A stretch of DNA of 30,215 nt. Origin: a virus (Duplodnaviria > Caudoviricetes). The notes under the pieces were generated by a model that saw only the letters and a list, made by a program, of their open reading frames with translations, ran no database searches and was not told where the DNA came from. Position numbers and translations under genes: made by a program. Position 1 is the stretch's first letter; each line of letters opens with the position of its first letter. The DNA lies in the IMG/VR virus record IMGVR_UViG_3300029930_000008, positions 1 to 30,215 of that record, one strand, 5' to 3'. This document shows positions 17,793-26,111 of the stretch, piece after piece.

Positions 17793-18214
17793 GAAACAAA
17801 TTAGCGATGCTATTGAGTTGGCTCTTAGCATTTTCATCAGCAGTATTTCCAGTACAGTCGTGGGCACTCAAAGCAAAGAAAGACAACTACGAGCCCACCA
17901 GGAATCATCAGAACGAGATTCGTTGGACGAAATCCTTGAGCAAGTACTATGCGAAGGCACTCATCTCAGCACAGTATGAAGAGTGGGGAGAATCAGAATT
18001 CCGTGCGTTGAAAAAACTATGGGGTAAAGAATCTGCGTGGGACCATACTGCAGATAACCCGAAGTCAACAGCGTATGGAATACCGCAACTGTTAGGACTG
18101 GCGCCAAATACGCCAGCCCCCGAACAGATTGCACGGGGGCTGGCTTACATCCAGCACCGATACGGCAAACCATCAATTGCTTGGGCACATTGGCGCAAGC
18201 ATAAGTGGTACTAA
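17789..18214 (+). CDS. Secreted SLT-type lytic transglycosylase (lysozyme-like fold, actinobacterial type)
   Basis: Signal-peptide-like N-terminus; catalytic KESAW, ADNPKSTAYGIPQ, QIARGLAYIQHRYG..AWAHW..HKWY. Confidence 0.8.
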   Translation: MRNKLAMLLSWLLAFSSAVFPVQSWALKAKKDNYEPTRNHQNEIRWTKSLSKYYAKALISAQYEEWGESEFRALKKLWGKESAWDHTADNPKSTAYGIPQLLGLAPNTPAPEQIARGLAYIQHRYGKPSIAWAHWRKHKWY

Positions 18215-18235
18215 ACAATAAACAAAGGAGACTAT

Positions 18236-18658
18236 ATGGCAAGAAGGAATCAAGGCATCAATGTCAAAGTGCCTAGAGCCAAAGTAATCAAGGCTCTTGA
18301 GCAGGCATTGATTAAGTTAGAAACTAACTACAAAAATCAAGAAGCAAATGAAAAGAAATATGATGCTGCTATAGATAAGTGGCGTAAACAAATTGCTAAA
18401 TTAGCACTAGCAAAAATCAATAAGGCTACAAATCTTAGAGCAAATGTTCGTTATAATGGTATTATAAATCTTGATTTTGATTTACCAGCAGGCTCAATAA
18501 ATCTACCAACAGAACCAGAGAAAGACTATGAGGTTATGCTTGAATGGCAATACAAAGATAACAAGGAAGAAATTGAGAATGCTATTCGTGTTCTAAATAT
18601 GTGCGATGATGAACACATCAGCACTGCAACCTATGGCGGAATCAGTAAGTATCTATAA
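18236..18658 (+). CDS. Hypothetical protein
   Basis: SD AAAGGAGACTA; 140 aa. Confidence 0.75.
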   Translation: MARRNQGINVKVPRAKVIKALEQALIKLETNYKNQEANEKKYDAAIDKWRKQIAKLALAKINKATNLRANVRYNGIINLDFDLPAGSINLPTEPEKDYEVMLEWQYKDNKEEIENAIRVLNMCDDEHISTATYGGISKYL

Positions 18659-18668
18659 GGAGACAACA

Positions 18669-18878
18669 ATGATAATCAAACATCTAGTGGAACTAGAGAC
18701 AGTAATCAATGAAGAATCAGATGCACTACCAGCCAAACTAATTCTAACTATGCCAGAAGAAGAACGCAATAAATTCTTTCAAGAAGCAGGCGAAGGAATG
18801 ATTAGTCAATTTCTTGAGACGGCTAATGAAGGTAATAGTTGGGCATTCATACGCATAGCAAAGAAGGCTTCAGTATGA
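18669..18878 (+). CDS. Hypothetical protein
   Basis: ATG 18669 after AAGGAGAC. Confidence 0.7.
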   Translation: MIIKHLVELETVINEESDALPAKLILTMPEEERNKFFQEAGEGMISQFLETANEGNSWAFIRIAKKASV

Positions 18879-19873
18879 CAACAGATACAGTGATAGCAAC
18901 AGTTCCTTTGAAGAACCTAAGCAACTGGGTAAAGTCAGGCAAAGCAGTAACAGCCACTTCAGCCAGCGATGTAGCCAGACAAGCAGGACTTGACTGGTCA
19001 GTATCTCTGCACGAGATGTCTGCTTCCTATGCAATACCAGGAACAGAACAGTCCAGAGTGTTAGAAGTCCGCAACAAGTTAGCGGTAGTCAAGACAACAC
19101 CATTCGGTGATACCGATGTTATTGGTGTAGTCGGCAAACGGTATCAGGTATTCCAGAACGGTGAAGTATTCAGCGCTCTGGATGCATTGATTGATTCAGG
19201 TGAGGCTCGCTATGCAGCAGCAGGCGAGTATGACCACGGAGCAAAGGTATGGATGTTGCTTCAGTTGCCTAATGAAATCAATATTGCTAATGACCCACAC
19301 GCTGCATTTATCTTGGCTAGAACTAGCCACGATGGCAGCAGTTCAGTTATTATCAAGCCAATCATTGAGCGTTTGTTCTGTAGAAATCAAATCAACAAAA
19401 TATTCAGGAACAAAAATCAGTTCACATATACCTTGAAACATACTAGCAATAACAAGTTAGATGTTTCAGACATACGCAATATCTTGCAATTGTCTTACCA
19501 AAACATTGAGGCTTATACTCATATTGGTAATGAACTAATTAGTAAAGAAGCATCTAGAGATAAAGCAGTTGATTATTTCAAGAGGGTGTTTCCTTTACCA
19601 AGCAAGATAGAGAATGCTCCCATTTCTCTGCTATCTGTTGGAGAAAAACAGCAGTTGACCAGGGCAAATGCAGCCAGACACAAGGCTATGGAAATCTATA
19701 CAGCCAGCCCGACTCAAGAAAATATCCGTGGAACAGAGTTCGGTTTGTGGCAGGCAGTTGTGGAGTATGCCGACCACGGCAAACAGGATAAAGGTACAAA
19801 GACAGGAGTCAGGGCTATGTCAGGTGGCTCTGATAATCTCAAACTTCGTGCCCTTGAACTACTAACAGCATAG
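18875..19873 (+). CDS. DUF932-family phage/plasmid protein
   Basis: AGLDWSV, GVVGKRYQVFQN, G..VW, TSHDGSSS, RLFCRNQ, HT, GT.FGLWQAVVEYADH motifs; ATGA-coupled start. Confidence 0.88.
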   Translation: MTTDTVIATVPLKNLSNWVKSGKAVTATSASDVARQAGLDWSVSLHEMSASYAIPGTEQSRVLEVRNKLAVVKTTPFGDTDVIGVVGKRYQVFQNGEVFSALDALIDSGEARYAAAGEYDHGAKVWMLLQLPNEINIANDPHAAFILARTSHDGSSSVIIKPIIERLFCRNQINKIFRNKNQFTYTLKHTSNNKLDVSDIRNILQLSYQNIEAYTHIGNELISKEASRDKAVDYFKRVFPLPSKIENAPISLLSVGEKQQLTRANAARHKAMEIYTASPTQENIRGTEFGLWQAVVEYADHGKQDKGTKTGVRAMSGGSDNLKLRALELLTA

Positions 19874-19883
19874 GAGACTAACA

Positions 19884-20039
19884 GTGATAGTAACTAGTAA
19901 AGATGCTGACAAGATTCTTAATCTTGTTAGTGGCAGTAGCAATCCAGTTCTTCAAAAAGTAGATGAAATAATTTGCGCCATACAAGAAGGCGACGAAATT
20001 GAATACCAAGATGAAGACTACGAAGAAGAAGGAGACTAA
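19884..20039 (+). CDS. Small acidic hypothetical protein (51 aa)
   Basis: GTG after AGGAGACTAA; fills the intergenic gap. Confidence 0.65.
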   Translation: MIVTSKDADKILNLVSGSSNPVLQKVDEIICAIQEGDEIEYQDEDYEEEGD

Positions 20040-20041
20040 CT

Positions 20042-20476
20042 ATGGAATACATATACACAGATAAAGACGGTAATCAAACCAAGTTTACCGATGAGATGGT
20101 CAAGGCAGCGCTAGATGAGCGTGCTCAACTACGTATTGACTTGGAAGAAAAAGATAATTACTTTCATAATCAACGCACAAAACTGTATCAAGTACGAGCA
20201 GAAGTGTATAACTTTTTCTCAGAAAGATACAGTCCTGGCGATGAAGAGATTGTATGTAGCAAAGATGATGTCAATGAGTTACTAGAATCTATTGGCGCAG
20301 ATAAACTCAAGTCTATGTGGACAGTCAGTGGTCGTATTGAATTTACAGTGACTGATATTGAAGCAGAGACAGAAGATGATGCTCGTGACCAAGTTGAAAA
20401 CAATTTGACCGTAGAGTTTGACGGTAATATTGTTGACGATTACTCAATAGATATCAACGACGTAGACCAGCAGTAA
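20042..20476 (+). CDS. Acidic hypothetical protein
   Basis: SD AAGGAGACTAA; 144 aa. Confidence 0.75.
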   Translation: MEYIYTDKDGNQTKFTDEMVKAALDERAQLRIDLEEKDNYFHNQRTKLYQVRAEVYNFFSERYSPGDEEIVCSKDDVNELLESIGADKLKSMWTVSGRIEFTVTDIEAETEDDARDQVENNLTVEFDGNIVDDYSIDINDVDQQ

Positions 20477-20480
20477 CTAA

Positions 20481-20651
20481 ATGCCAAAGATTGCAGACCA
20501 CAACTATGTTGAGGCACTGCCATCTGGTAGTTGTCTGGCAGGCAAACACTCGGAGTGCAGAGGTTCTTGGGTCGGAATCAAAGCACTTAGGAGACCGTGT
20601 GATTGCCAATGCCACGCCGATGAGAATGGTGTCATATCCTCTTCCGTCTGA
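20481..20651 (+). CDS. Small Cys/His Zn-binding protein (56 aa)
   Basis: MPKIADHNYVEALPSGSCLAGKHSECRG...RRPCDCQCHADENGVISSSV; weak SD. Confidence 0.55.
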   Translation: MPKIADHNYVEALPSGSCLAGKHSECRGSWVGIKALRRPCDCQCHADENGVISSSV

Positions 20652-20706
20652 TACCATTCGCACAGAGCACGGGCTGGTTTTTGATTAGTCTCCTTTATCA
20701 GCCCGT
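20624..20706 (+). ncRNA. Tandem hairpins with anti-Shine-Dalgarno loops (candidate regulatory RNA)
   Basis: GAATGGTGTCA[TATCCTCTTCCGTC]TGATACCATTC and ACGGGCTGGT[TTTTGATTAGTCTCCTTT]ATCAGCCCGT. Confidence 0.6.
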
Positions 20707-20733
20707 CTCTCTAACTAAGGAGACAAGGATTTA

Positions 20734-21519
20734 ATGAGACAAGAAATTGATAGAGACCGCTATGGTCGTCCTTTAGTAGTACCTAATAAGGGAGGCAAAC
20801 CAGTCGCTTATACTAGGGCTACTACAATTGCAAACAGTCTTGATGATGCAGCAGCATTGACAGCCTGGAAAATGCGGATGGCAGCCATTGGTCTTACAGT
20901 TCGCAAAGATTTATTACTTGCTATTAACGCAGCGCAAGATGACAAGATGGCTATTAACAAGTATATAGAAGATGCTATGGAAGTAGCAGGCGCTAGCAAG
21001 GCAGCGACTATTGGAACAGCACTGCATAGTTATGCAGAGCGTTTAGATTTGGGACAGGACATTGGTCTTGTACCAGACGAGTGGGCAGGGGACATACTTG
21101 CTTACGAGAAAACAACAAAGCAATTAAATAAAATCTTTATAGAACAGTTCTGTGTACTAGATAAGTACAAGATTGCTGGAACACCAGACAGAATTGTTGA
21201 GTATAAAGGTGAAAGATTTATTGCTGATATCAAAACAGGTCGGATAGACCACCCAAATAACATAGCAATTCAGTTAGCAATATATGCACACGGCTCCCCG
21301 TATGACATTGCTACGGGTCGCCGTGGTACTTGGGGAGAAATCAACAAGGAGAAAGCCATTATCATCCATTTACCTGCAGGTACAGGGCTATGCAAATTAG
21401 TATGGCTTGACATTGCAGAGGGTTATAAAGGGCTACAATTCGCAATGAAAGTAAGACAGTGGCGAGACAAAAAGGGTCTTGCTACTCCATTTGAAGAACA
21501 GGAGACAATCAGTGGCTAG
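20734..21519 (+). CDS. PD-(D/E)XK exonuclease (RecB/Cas4-like)
   Basis: GTALHSYAE, IAGTPDRI, IADIKTG, IQLAIYA motifs. Confidence 0.88.
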   Translation: MRQEIDRDRYGRPLVVPNKGGKPVAYTRATTIANSLDDAAALTAWKMRMAAIGLTVRKDLLLAINAAQDDKMAINKYIEDAMEVAGASKAATIGTALHSYAERLDLGQDIGLVPDEWAGDILAYEKTTKQLNKIFIEQFCVLDKYKIAGTPDRIVEYKGERFIADIKTGRIDHPNNIAIQLAIYAHGSPYDIATGRRGTWGEINKEKAIIIHLPAGTGLCKLVWLDIAEGYKGLQFAMKVRQWRDKKGLATPFEEQETISG

Positions 21520-21982
21520 CACTGAAGCACCAATCAGTATCACAGTAAAGTCAGGCGCAGGTTCATTAATTACAATTCGTGCAGAGCACGGAGATGAACT
21601 AGACCAACTAGTAGCAACATCACTTGAAGCAATCAAGTCTGCATATACAGAACTTGAATCAGCAGTTAGAGGTGCAGCGCCAGCAGCACCAGCAATGTCA
21701 ACTAATCAAATTGCAGCAGCACTTGGTGCATCTGTAATTGACAACTCTGCAAATCTAACAGATTACAATGCGACAGGTTGGGCTACTCCAACATCATCCA
21801 TTGGTGGCAAGGCTTGTCCTCACGGCAAGATGACAGCCATTCAAGGCACAGGTAAAGACGGTAAAATGTATCGTGGTTACTTCTGTCCAGCACCAAAAGG
21901 TGCACTAGATAAATGCAAAAATCAGTATGTTCGTGCTGGTTCAGCCGAGTGGAACACATTCATAGCCGATTCGGTTAAGTAG
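21512..21982 (+). CDS. Hypothetical replication/recombination-associated protein with C-terminal Zn motif
   Basis: GTG 21512 after AGGAGAC; CPHG...GYFCP...C; lies between the exonuclease and helicase genes. Confidence 0.6.
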   Translation: MASTEAPISITVKSGAGSLITIRAEHGDELDQLVATSLEAIKSAYTELESAVRGAAPAAPAMSTNQIAAALGASVIDNSANLTDYNATGWATPTSSIGGKACPHGKMTAIQGTGKDGKMYRGYFCPAPKGALDKCKNQYVRAGSAEWNTFIADSVK

Positions 21983-22800
21983 TGAGAACACTCAAACGCA
22001 GTATTAGCAAAGCAGAGGTGGGTGGCGAACCATTGCCACCCGCTTTTGCGGCATTTGAACGGGCAGGAATTATCTTGCGCCGTGCAGAAATCACGATGGT
22101 TGCAGGCACTCCAGGTGCAGGCAAATCATCTATAGCACTGGCAATAGCAGCCAGAGCAAAGGTGCCAACGCTGTATTTCAGCGCAGATACTAATGCTCAT
22201 ACGATGGCTATGCGTCTAGTTGCTATGTCTGCAAAGATGTCGCAGCAAGCAGCCGAGCAATTGCTAAAAAGAAATCCAGAAGAAGCAGAAGAAATTCTTA
22301 CCCTGAACAATCATTTGTTCTGGTCCTTTGAGTCAACACCCACTCTAAAAGATTTAGACGACGAGGTATCAGCATTTGAAACTGTATGGGGTAGAAGTCC
22401 TACGCTTATCGTTGTGGATAACCTGATGGATATTGCAATGGATGGTCACGAAGAATTCCAAGGTATGCGAGCGGCAATGAAAGAGTTGAAGTATCTTGCA
22501 AGAGATACCAATGCAGCAGTGCTTGTTTTGCATCACACCAAAGAAGGTTTTGATGGTTATCCTTGCCAACCACGCAGCGCTATCCAAGGTCTAGTTAATC
22601 AGATTCCAGCAATGGTTCTGACTATTGGACAAATGAAACAAGGAGACGAAACCTATCTATGTGTAGCCCCAGTCAAGAACAGATACGGGCGAGCAGACCA
22701 GACTGGTAATAACTATGTCAGCCTTGCTTTCAACCCAGACAATATGTATTTAGATGATGTCCAAGTTAAGTATATGCAGGAGACAGTATATGGAAACTAA
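21982..22800 (+). CDS. DnaB-like (RecA-fold) helicase/ATPase
   Basis: Walker A GTPGAGKS, Walker B LIVVDNL, LKYLARD...VLHH, VKNRYG arginine finger. Confidence 0.88.
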   Translation: MRTLKRSISKAEVGGEPLPPAFAAFERAGIILRRAEITMVAGTPGAGKSSIALAIAARAKVPTLYFSADTNAHTMAMRLVAMSAKMSQQAAEQLLKRNPEEAEEILTLNNHLFWSFESTPTLKDLDDEVSAFETVWGRSPTLIVVDNLMDIAMDGHEEFQGMRAAMKELKYLARDTNAAVLVLHHTKEGFDGYPCQPRSAIQGLVNQIPAMVLTIGQMKQGDETYLCVAPVKNRYGRADQTGNNYVSLAFNPDNMYLDDVQVKYMQETVYGN

Positions 22801-22966
22801 AGTATGGGATTGTTCTTTCTCTAAGGAAGATATAGAAGTCTTTCAAGGAAGAGCAATAACAGAAAGTGAATGGAGTATTGTTGTTGATGAGTTGTATAAC
22901 GATGATGAACTCTATGAAATAGTACAAAAAGCAGTAGCAAGAGTAGCAAATAAAGCACTTGAGTAG
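22790..22966 (+). CDS. Hypothetical protein
   Basis: ATG 22790 after AGGAGAC. Confidence 0.65.
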   Translation: METKVWDCSFSKEDIEVFQGRAITESEWSIVVDELYNDDELYEIVQKAVARVANKALE

Positions 22967-23303
22967 CGCAGCCAAACGCAAAGGTAGCCAAGCAGAACGA
23001 GATGTTGTTGCTTGGTTGAAGGCTAATGGTTACAAGTATGCAGACCGCAGACTTGCAGGAGCAACCTTAGACAAAGGCGATATAAGCGGTGTGCCAGGTG
23101 TAACTATTGAGATTAAGAATCACGCCAAAATGGACCTTGCAGGATGGCTAGCAGAACTAGAAGTTGAAATGAAAAATGATAATGCCTGGACAGGTGTTGT
23201 CTTACATAAACGAAAAGGGAAAGGAGACGTAGGCGAATGGTATGCAACTATGCCTGCAAAAGTATGGTTGGCATTGCTGAATCAAGCAGATGGAAAAACA
23301 TAG
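22959..23303 (+). CDS. Holliday junction resolvase (Hjc-like PD-(D/E)XK)
   Basis: KRKGSQAERDV...DKGDI...IEIKN. Confidence 0.8.
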   Translation: MSSAAKRKGSQAERDVVAWLKANGYKYADRRLAGATLDKGDISGVPGVTIEIKNHAKMDLAGWLAELEVEMKNDNAWTGVVLHKRKGKGDVGEWYATMPAKVWLALLNQADGKT

Positions 23304-23682
23304 CATTGAAGCATATTTAAATTATATTGGCGCCACCGTGCCCTCCCGTGGACACGGCTGGCGCAAAATAAAATGTCCGTTTCATTCAGATAAACACGCA
23401 TCAGCAGGTGTTAACTTTGATGAAGGAAGATTCAAGTGCCACGGATGTGGTGTTGGCGGAGATGTATACGATTTGATAATGTACAAGGAAGGAGGTAACT
23501 ATCGTGAGGCTGTCAAATTCGCAGAGACAATTTCTCCTACAGGCAACTCAAGAGTACGCCCAGCACATACATCAAGCAGCAGATTATCTGGCAACTCGGG
23601 GTCTGTCGGTAGAAGAAGCCAAGAGATTTCATTTAGGAGTAGTGGACAATCCATTGCCAGGACACGAAGGCTACAAGGGTAA
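23290..23682 (+). CDS. DNA primase zinc-binding (CHC2) subunit
   Basis: CPFHSDKHASA...FKCHGCGVGGDVYDLI. Confidence 0.85.
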   Translation: MEKHSIEAYLNYIGATVPSRGHGWRKIKCPFHSDKHASAGVNFDEGRFKCHGCGVGGDVYDLIMYKEGGNYREAVKFAETISPTGNSRVRPAHTSSSRLSGNSGSVGRRSQEISFRSSGQSIARTRRLQG

Positions 23683-24136
23683 GTTAGTAATACCTTACAT
23701 AACACCGTCAGGTGTAGTAGACATTCGGTTCCGCAGTATCAATGGAGAGGACCCGAAGTACATTGGTTTGCCAGGAGCAAAGACTTCAATGTATAACGCA
23801 CAAGCAGTGCTAACAGCAGAAGGTTATATCTGCGTCACTGAAGGTGAGATAGATTCTATAACAACAATAGTAAAGACTGGACACCCAGCAGTTGGTATTC
23901 CAGGTGCTAATAATTGGAAGCCACATTACACAAAAATACTTGATGATTTTGAAACAGTTATTGTATTAGCAGATGGTGATGCACCAGGGCTAGAGTTTGG
24001 TAAAAAGATTAGTAGAGAATTAGGCAATGTAAATATAGTTCAAATGCCAGAAGGACACGATGTAAATAGCATTGTGCTACAAGAAGGAGGCGAGTGGTTA
24101 AATGAGCGGATTAGAAAATGTTTTTCGGGACAATGA
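23504..24136 (+). CDS. DNA primase TOPRIM subunit
   Basis: YLATRGL, VTEGEID, ADGDAPG, DVN motifs; own SD GGAGGT before GTG 23504. Confidence 0.88.
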   Translation: MRLSNSQRQFLLQATQEYAQHIHQAADYLATRGLSVEEAKRFHLGVVDNPLPGHEGYKGKLVIPYITPSGVVDIRFRSINGEDPKYIGLPGAKTSMYNAQAVLTAEGYICVTEGEIDSITTIVKTGHPAVGIPGANNWKPHYTKILDDFETVIVLADGDAPGLEFGKKISRELGNVNIVQMPEGHDVNSIVLQEGGEWLNERIRKCFSGQ

Positions 24137-24410
24137 TGAGTTTTGGCAATATGTTAAAGAAAATCCTAGGATGGTTGGAATACCAGTATCGGAGAATAAA
24201 GGTCTGGATTTACTTGGCGCACTTAGGGATGTTAGAGAGGCTTACCAAAAAGACACAGAGATAGGCGATACAATGCTGACGCTGCTAGGTACCCTGTTGA
24301 TGGGCACAGCCAACGGTGACGGCGAACAGATGATAGAAGAAATCATAGTTTCAGAGGCTATGGTGGATATAGATAATGGACTGAAAGAGGTACTAGATGA
24401 AGAGCATTGA
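24102..24410 (+). CDS. Hypothetical protein
   Basis: SD AAGGAGG; in operon. Confidence 0.7.
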   Translation: MSGLENVFRDNDEFWQYVKENPRMVGIPVSENKGLDLLGALRDVREAYQKDTEIGDTMLTLLGTLLMGTANGDGEQMIEEIIVSEAMVDIDNGLKEVLDEEH

Positions 24411-24702
24411 TAACTTGGACGAGATTCTTACAGAACTCAAAATCACTATGGTTCAGAAACATCAAGACTATGGTCCCTACAATATAGCCCACGCTCCAGG
24501 CGGGGCTATGAATGGGCTACTGGTGCGTATGCACGACAAAACAGAACGACTTCAGAATCTTTACTTCCATCGTAAGGGCAACACGCCGAACTATGAATCT
24601 ATTGAAGATACCCTAAAAGACCTAGCAAACTATGCCATAATAGGACTTATGGTACAAAGAGGTTATTGGGAAGGTCTGAGTGGAGCCGGATTACATAACT
24701 GA
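24397..24702 (+). CDS. DUF1599 / nucleotide-modification-associated all-alpha domain protein
   Basis: KHQDYG...VRMHDKTERL...ESIEDTLKDLANYAII pattern. Confidence 0.75.
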   Translation: MKSIDNLDEILTELKITMVQKHQDYGPYNIAHAPGGAMNGLLVRMHDKTERLQNLYFHRKGNTPNYESIEDTLKDLANYAIIGLMVQRGYWEGLSGAGLHN

Positions 24703-25333
24703 ATATGAAGCCTTAGTGGCTTCATTGTCGGTTGAATACCACCGTAAGTATCCAATGATTGAGTCATTGGATATACAGCAGACCCTTTGGTTATGGTTTA
24801 TAACTCATACTTCTAAATACTTTGAATGGTCAGAGTTAGAACAAAAGGACAAAGATAAATTAATTGCAAAGTCTTTGCGTAATGCAGCCCTAAAGTTTTG
24901 CGAAAAAGAGAAGGCTAAGTCGGTGGGCTACGAGTTGCTTGACTTGTACTACTACGACTCATCGGTAGTTGAAGCCTTTATGCCCAGCATTATTGCTGAG
25001 TCATATGAAATACCAATTAAAATTAAAGACTTAAATCATAAGTTTAATAAATCAGAAGCCGTCAGTGATGGCAACAACTGGCTGGTATTGCGTAGCGATA
25101 TAGCAAATGCTTTCTTCAAACTAACAGAGGCTAAACAGAATGTGCTTCGGGTTAGATTCAGCACGGATAACAACGAGTGGAATCTGGTGGCAAAGGATTT
25201 AAATACAACAATAGATGGCGCTAGGATGAAAGTTCAACGGGCTGTCAATTCATTAATCAGAAACCTAGGTGGATGGAGACCATACCCCGATGATGAAGTA
25301 CAACAGGCAGACCAGAGTGACGAATCAGAGTAA
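24680..25333 (+). CDS. Sigma-factor-like transcription regulator
   Basis: Region-2-like DIQQTLWLWF...LRNAALKFCEKEK; region-4-like HTH LTEAKQNVLRVRF...VAKDLNTTIDGARMKVQRAV. Confidence 0.7.
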   Translation: MEPDYITEYEALVASLSVEYHRKYPMIESLDIQQTLWLWFITHTSKYFEWSELEQKDKDKLIAKSLRNAALKFCEKEKAKSVGYELLDLYYYDSSVVEAFMPSIIAESYEIPIKIKDLNHKFNKSEAVSDGNNWLVLRSDIANAFFKLTEAKQNVLRVRFSTDNNEWNLVAKDLNTTIDGARMKVQRAVNSLIRNLGGWRPYPDDEVQQADQSDESE

Positions 25334-25553
25334 AGATATTAGGGAGTTGCTGCGTCGTGTGGACTACAGCAAGTCAATGGACCTACGGGATACGCCGATA
25401 GGTGATATCTGTGTATGTGGTTGTGAAGTATTTGTAATGCTAGGTGGCTTTGTAGATGGAGAAGTAGCCTTTTATTTTCTAGATGGTGAGTGTGCTTCTT
25501 GCGGAAGTATGGTCACCCTGCCTACACCAAAGGATGACGATGCCAACGTATGA
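25317..25553 (+). CDS. Small Zn-binding protein (start uncertain: 25317 or 25376)
   Basis: CVCGC...CASCGS. Confidence 0.65.
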   Translation: MTNQSKDIRELLRRVDYSKSMDLRDTPIGDICVCGCEVFVMLGGFVDGEVAFYFLDGECASCGSMVTLPTPKDDDANV

Positions 25554-25713
25554 TTTTATCTGCCCTATTTGTAACAAGATAGAAGAGAAGTTTTTTTCTG
25601 TTTACTCTAATCACACAACATTCTGTGATGTATGTAAAGTAGAAATGGAAAAAACTTTTCAGCCAACTCCAGTGCATTTCAAAGGCACAGGCTTTTACAA
25701 GACGGGCGGATAA
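25540..25713 (+). CDS. FmdB-family zinc-ribbon protein
   Basis: MPTYDFICPIC...CDVC...FKGTGFYKTG signature. Confidence 0.85.
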   Translation: MPTYDFICPICNKIEEKFFSVYSNHTTFCDVCKVEMEKTFQPTPVHFKGTGFYKTGG

Positions 25714-26111
25714 TGAAAGAACAAGACTTATTTGAGTATCTAAAAACTACTCACTTCCCTGATTTAGTTCGTTCCGAAAATGTATTTGACCACTTTGATT
25801 GCACTACAAAAACAAATAATCTATACATAGAACTTAAATGTAGACATACCCATTATCCAGATTTATTAATTGAAGAAATAAAATACAGACGATTACTGGC
25901 TCAGGCTGATGGTATGCTTCCTTACTATATAAACTCAACACCTGAAGGTATTTACGCATTTGATTTATCAAGCACACCAGAACCTGAATGGTCAGAAAGA
26001 TGGATGCCTAGAACTACAGAGTTTGTAGATACAAGAAAGAAGATAAAGTTAGTAGGCTTCCTTAAACTAGAACACGCCCAAGTATTATCTAAGTCCGATT
26101 GGAATAACTAA
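25713..26111 (+). CDS. PD-(D/E)XK nuclease-fold protein
   Basis: E...FDC...YIELKCR. Confidence 0.6.
   Translation: MKEQDLFEYLKTTHFPDLVRSENVFDHFDCTTKTNNLYIELKCRHTHYPDLLIEEIKYRRLLAQADGMLPYYINSTPEGIYAFDLSSTPEPEWSERWMPRTTEFVDTRKKIKLVGFLKLEHAQVLSKSDWNN

Noticed and set aside
17701-17979. 92-aa ORF
   Set aside because: Overlaps the transglycosylase; the 17697-17792 frame fits the coupling pattern better.
20454-20697. - strand 69-aa ORF using the antisense TAAAGGAGACTA as its RBS
   Set aside because: The start at 20663 is over 20 nt from the motif and the ORF opposes the operon; the motif is better explained as a + strand loop.
20734-21519. Cas4-like nuclease as sign of a CRISPR system
   Set aside because: Stand-alone phage exonuclease in a replication module; no array or other cas genes.
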